The notes beneath the pieces are model-generated. The model worked only from the letters and a program-made list of their open reading frames with translations. It searched no databases and had not been told where the DNA came from. Below are positions 63,967 through 64,000 of a DNA stretch of 64,000 nucleotides, piece by piece. Every line of letters starts with the position of its first letter. The first letter of the stretch is position 1. A program made the position numbers and the translations under genes. This DNA is from Octopus bimaculoides (lineage: Eukaryota): positions 7,430,744-7,494,743 of the forward strand of contig NC_069003.1 in assembly GCF_001194135.2 (NCBI RefSeq). The letters are read 5' to 3'.

Positions 63967-64000
<34 letters not shown>

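Overview
AT-rich eukaryotic genomic DNA from a short-read assembly. Roughly 6-7 kb is N-gaps, most flanked by TA/CA/GATA microsatellites. The repeat landscape resembles an octopus/cephalopod genome (inferred from repeat families, not searched). No complete protein-coding gene is recognisable. The best host-gene signal is a candidate minus-strand first exon at 56328-56357 (Inr-like TCAGTC, AAAC-ATG, CTG|GTAAGT), so much of the window may be intron. The rest is nested mobile DNA: at least three modular tRNA-derived SINE families (my labels A, B, C), LINE fragments (RTE, R4/Dong-like, Tx1/L1-like), and DNA-transposon remnants (mariner DD37D, mariner-type MITEs, hAT-like, piggyBac-like TTAA MITEs, a Helentron/HINE-like element). 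The main discovery is a set of type I hammerhead ribozyme motifs from several unrelated sequence families. One family is a Penelope-like element whose terminal repeat carries a tRNA-like Pol III head, an (AAT)n spacer and a minimal hammerhead. It occurs with a GIY-YIG C-terminus, an inverted terminal copy and a 13-bp TSD at 23914-24483, and as an ORF-less head-to-head dimer at 35308-35831. Four further intact-core hammerheads plus one dead-core motif cluster at 60.0-62.2 kb. All structures were folded by eye; none was tested computationally or experimentally.
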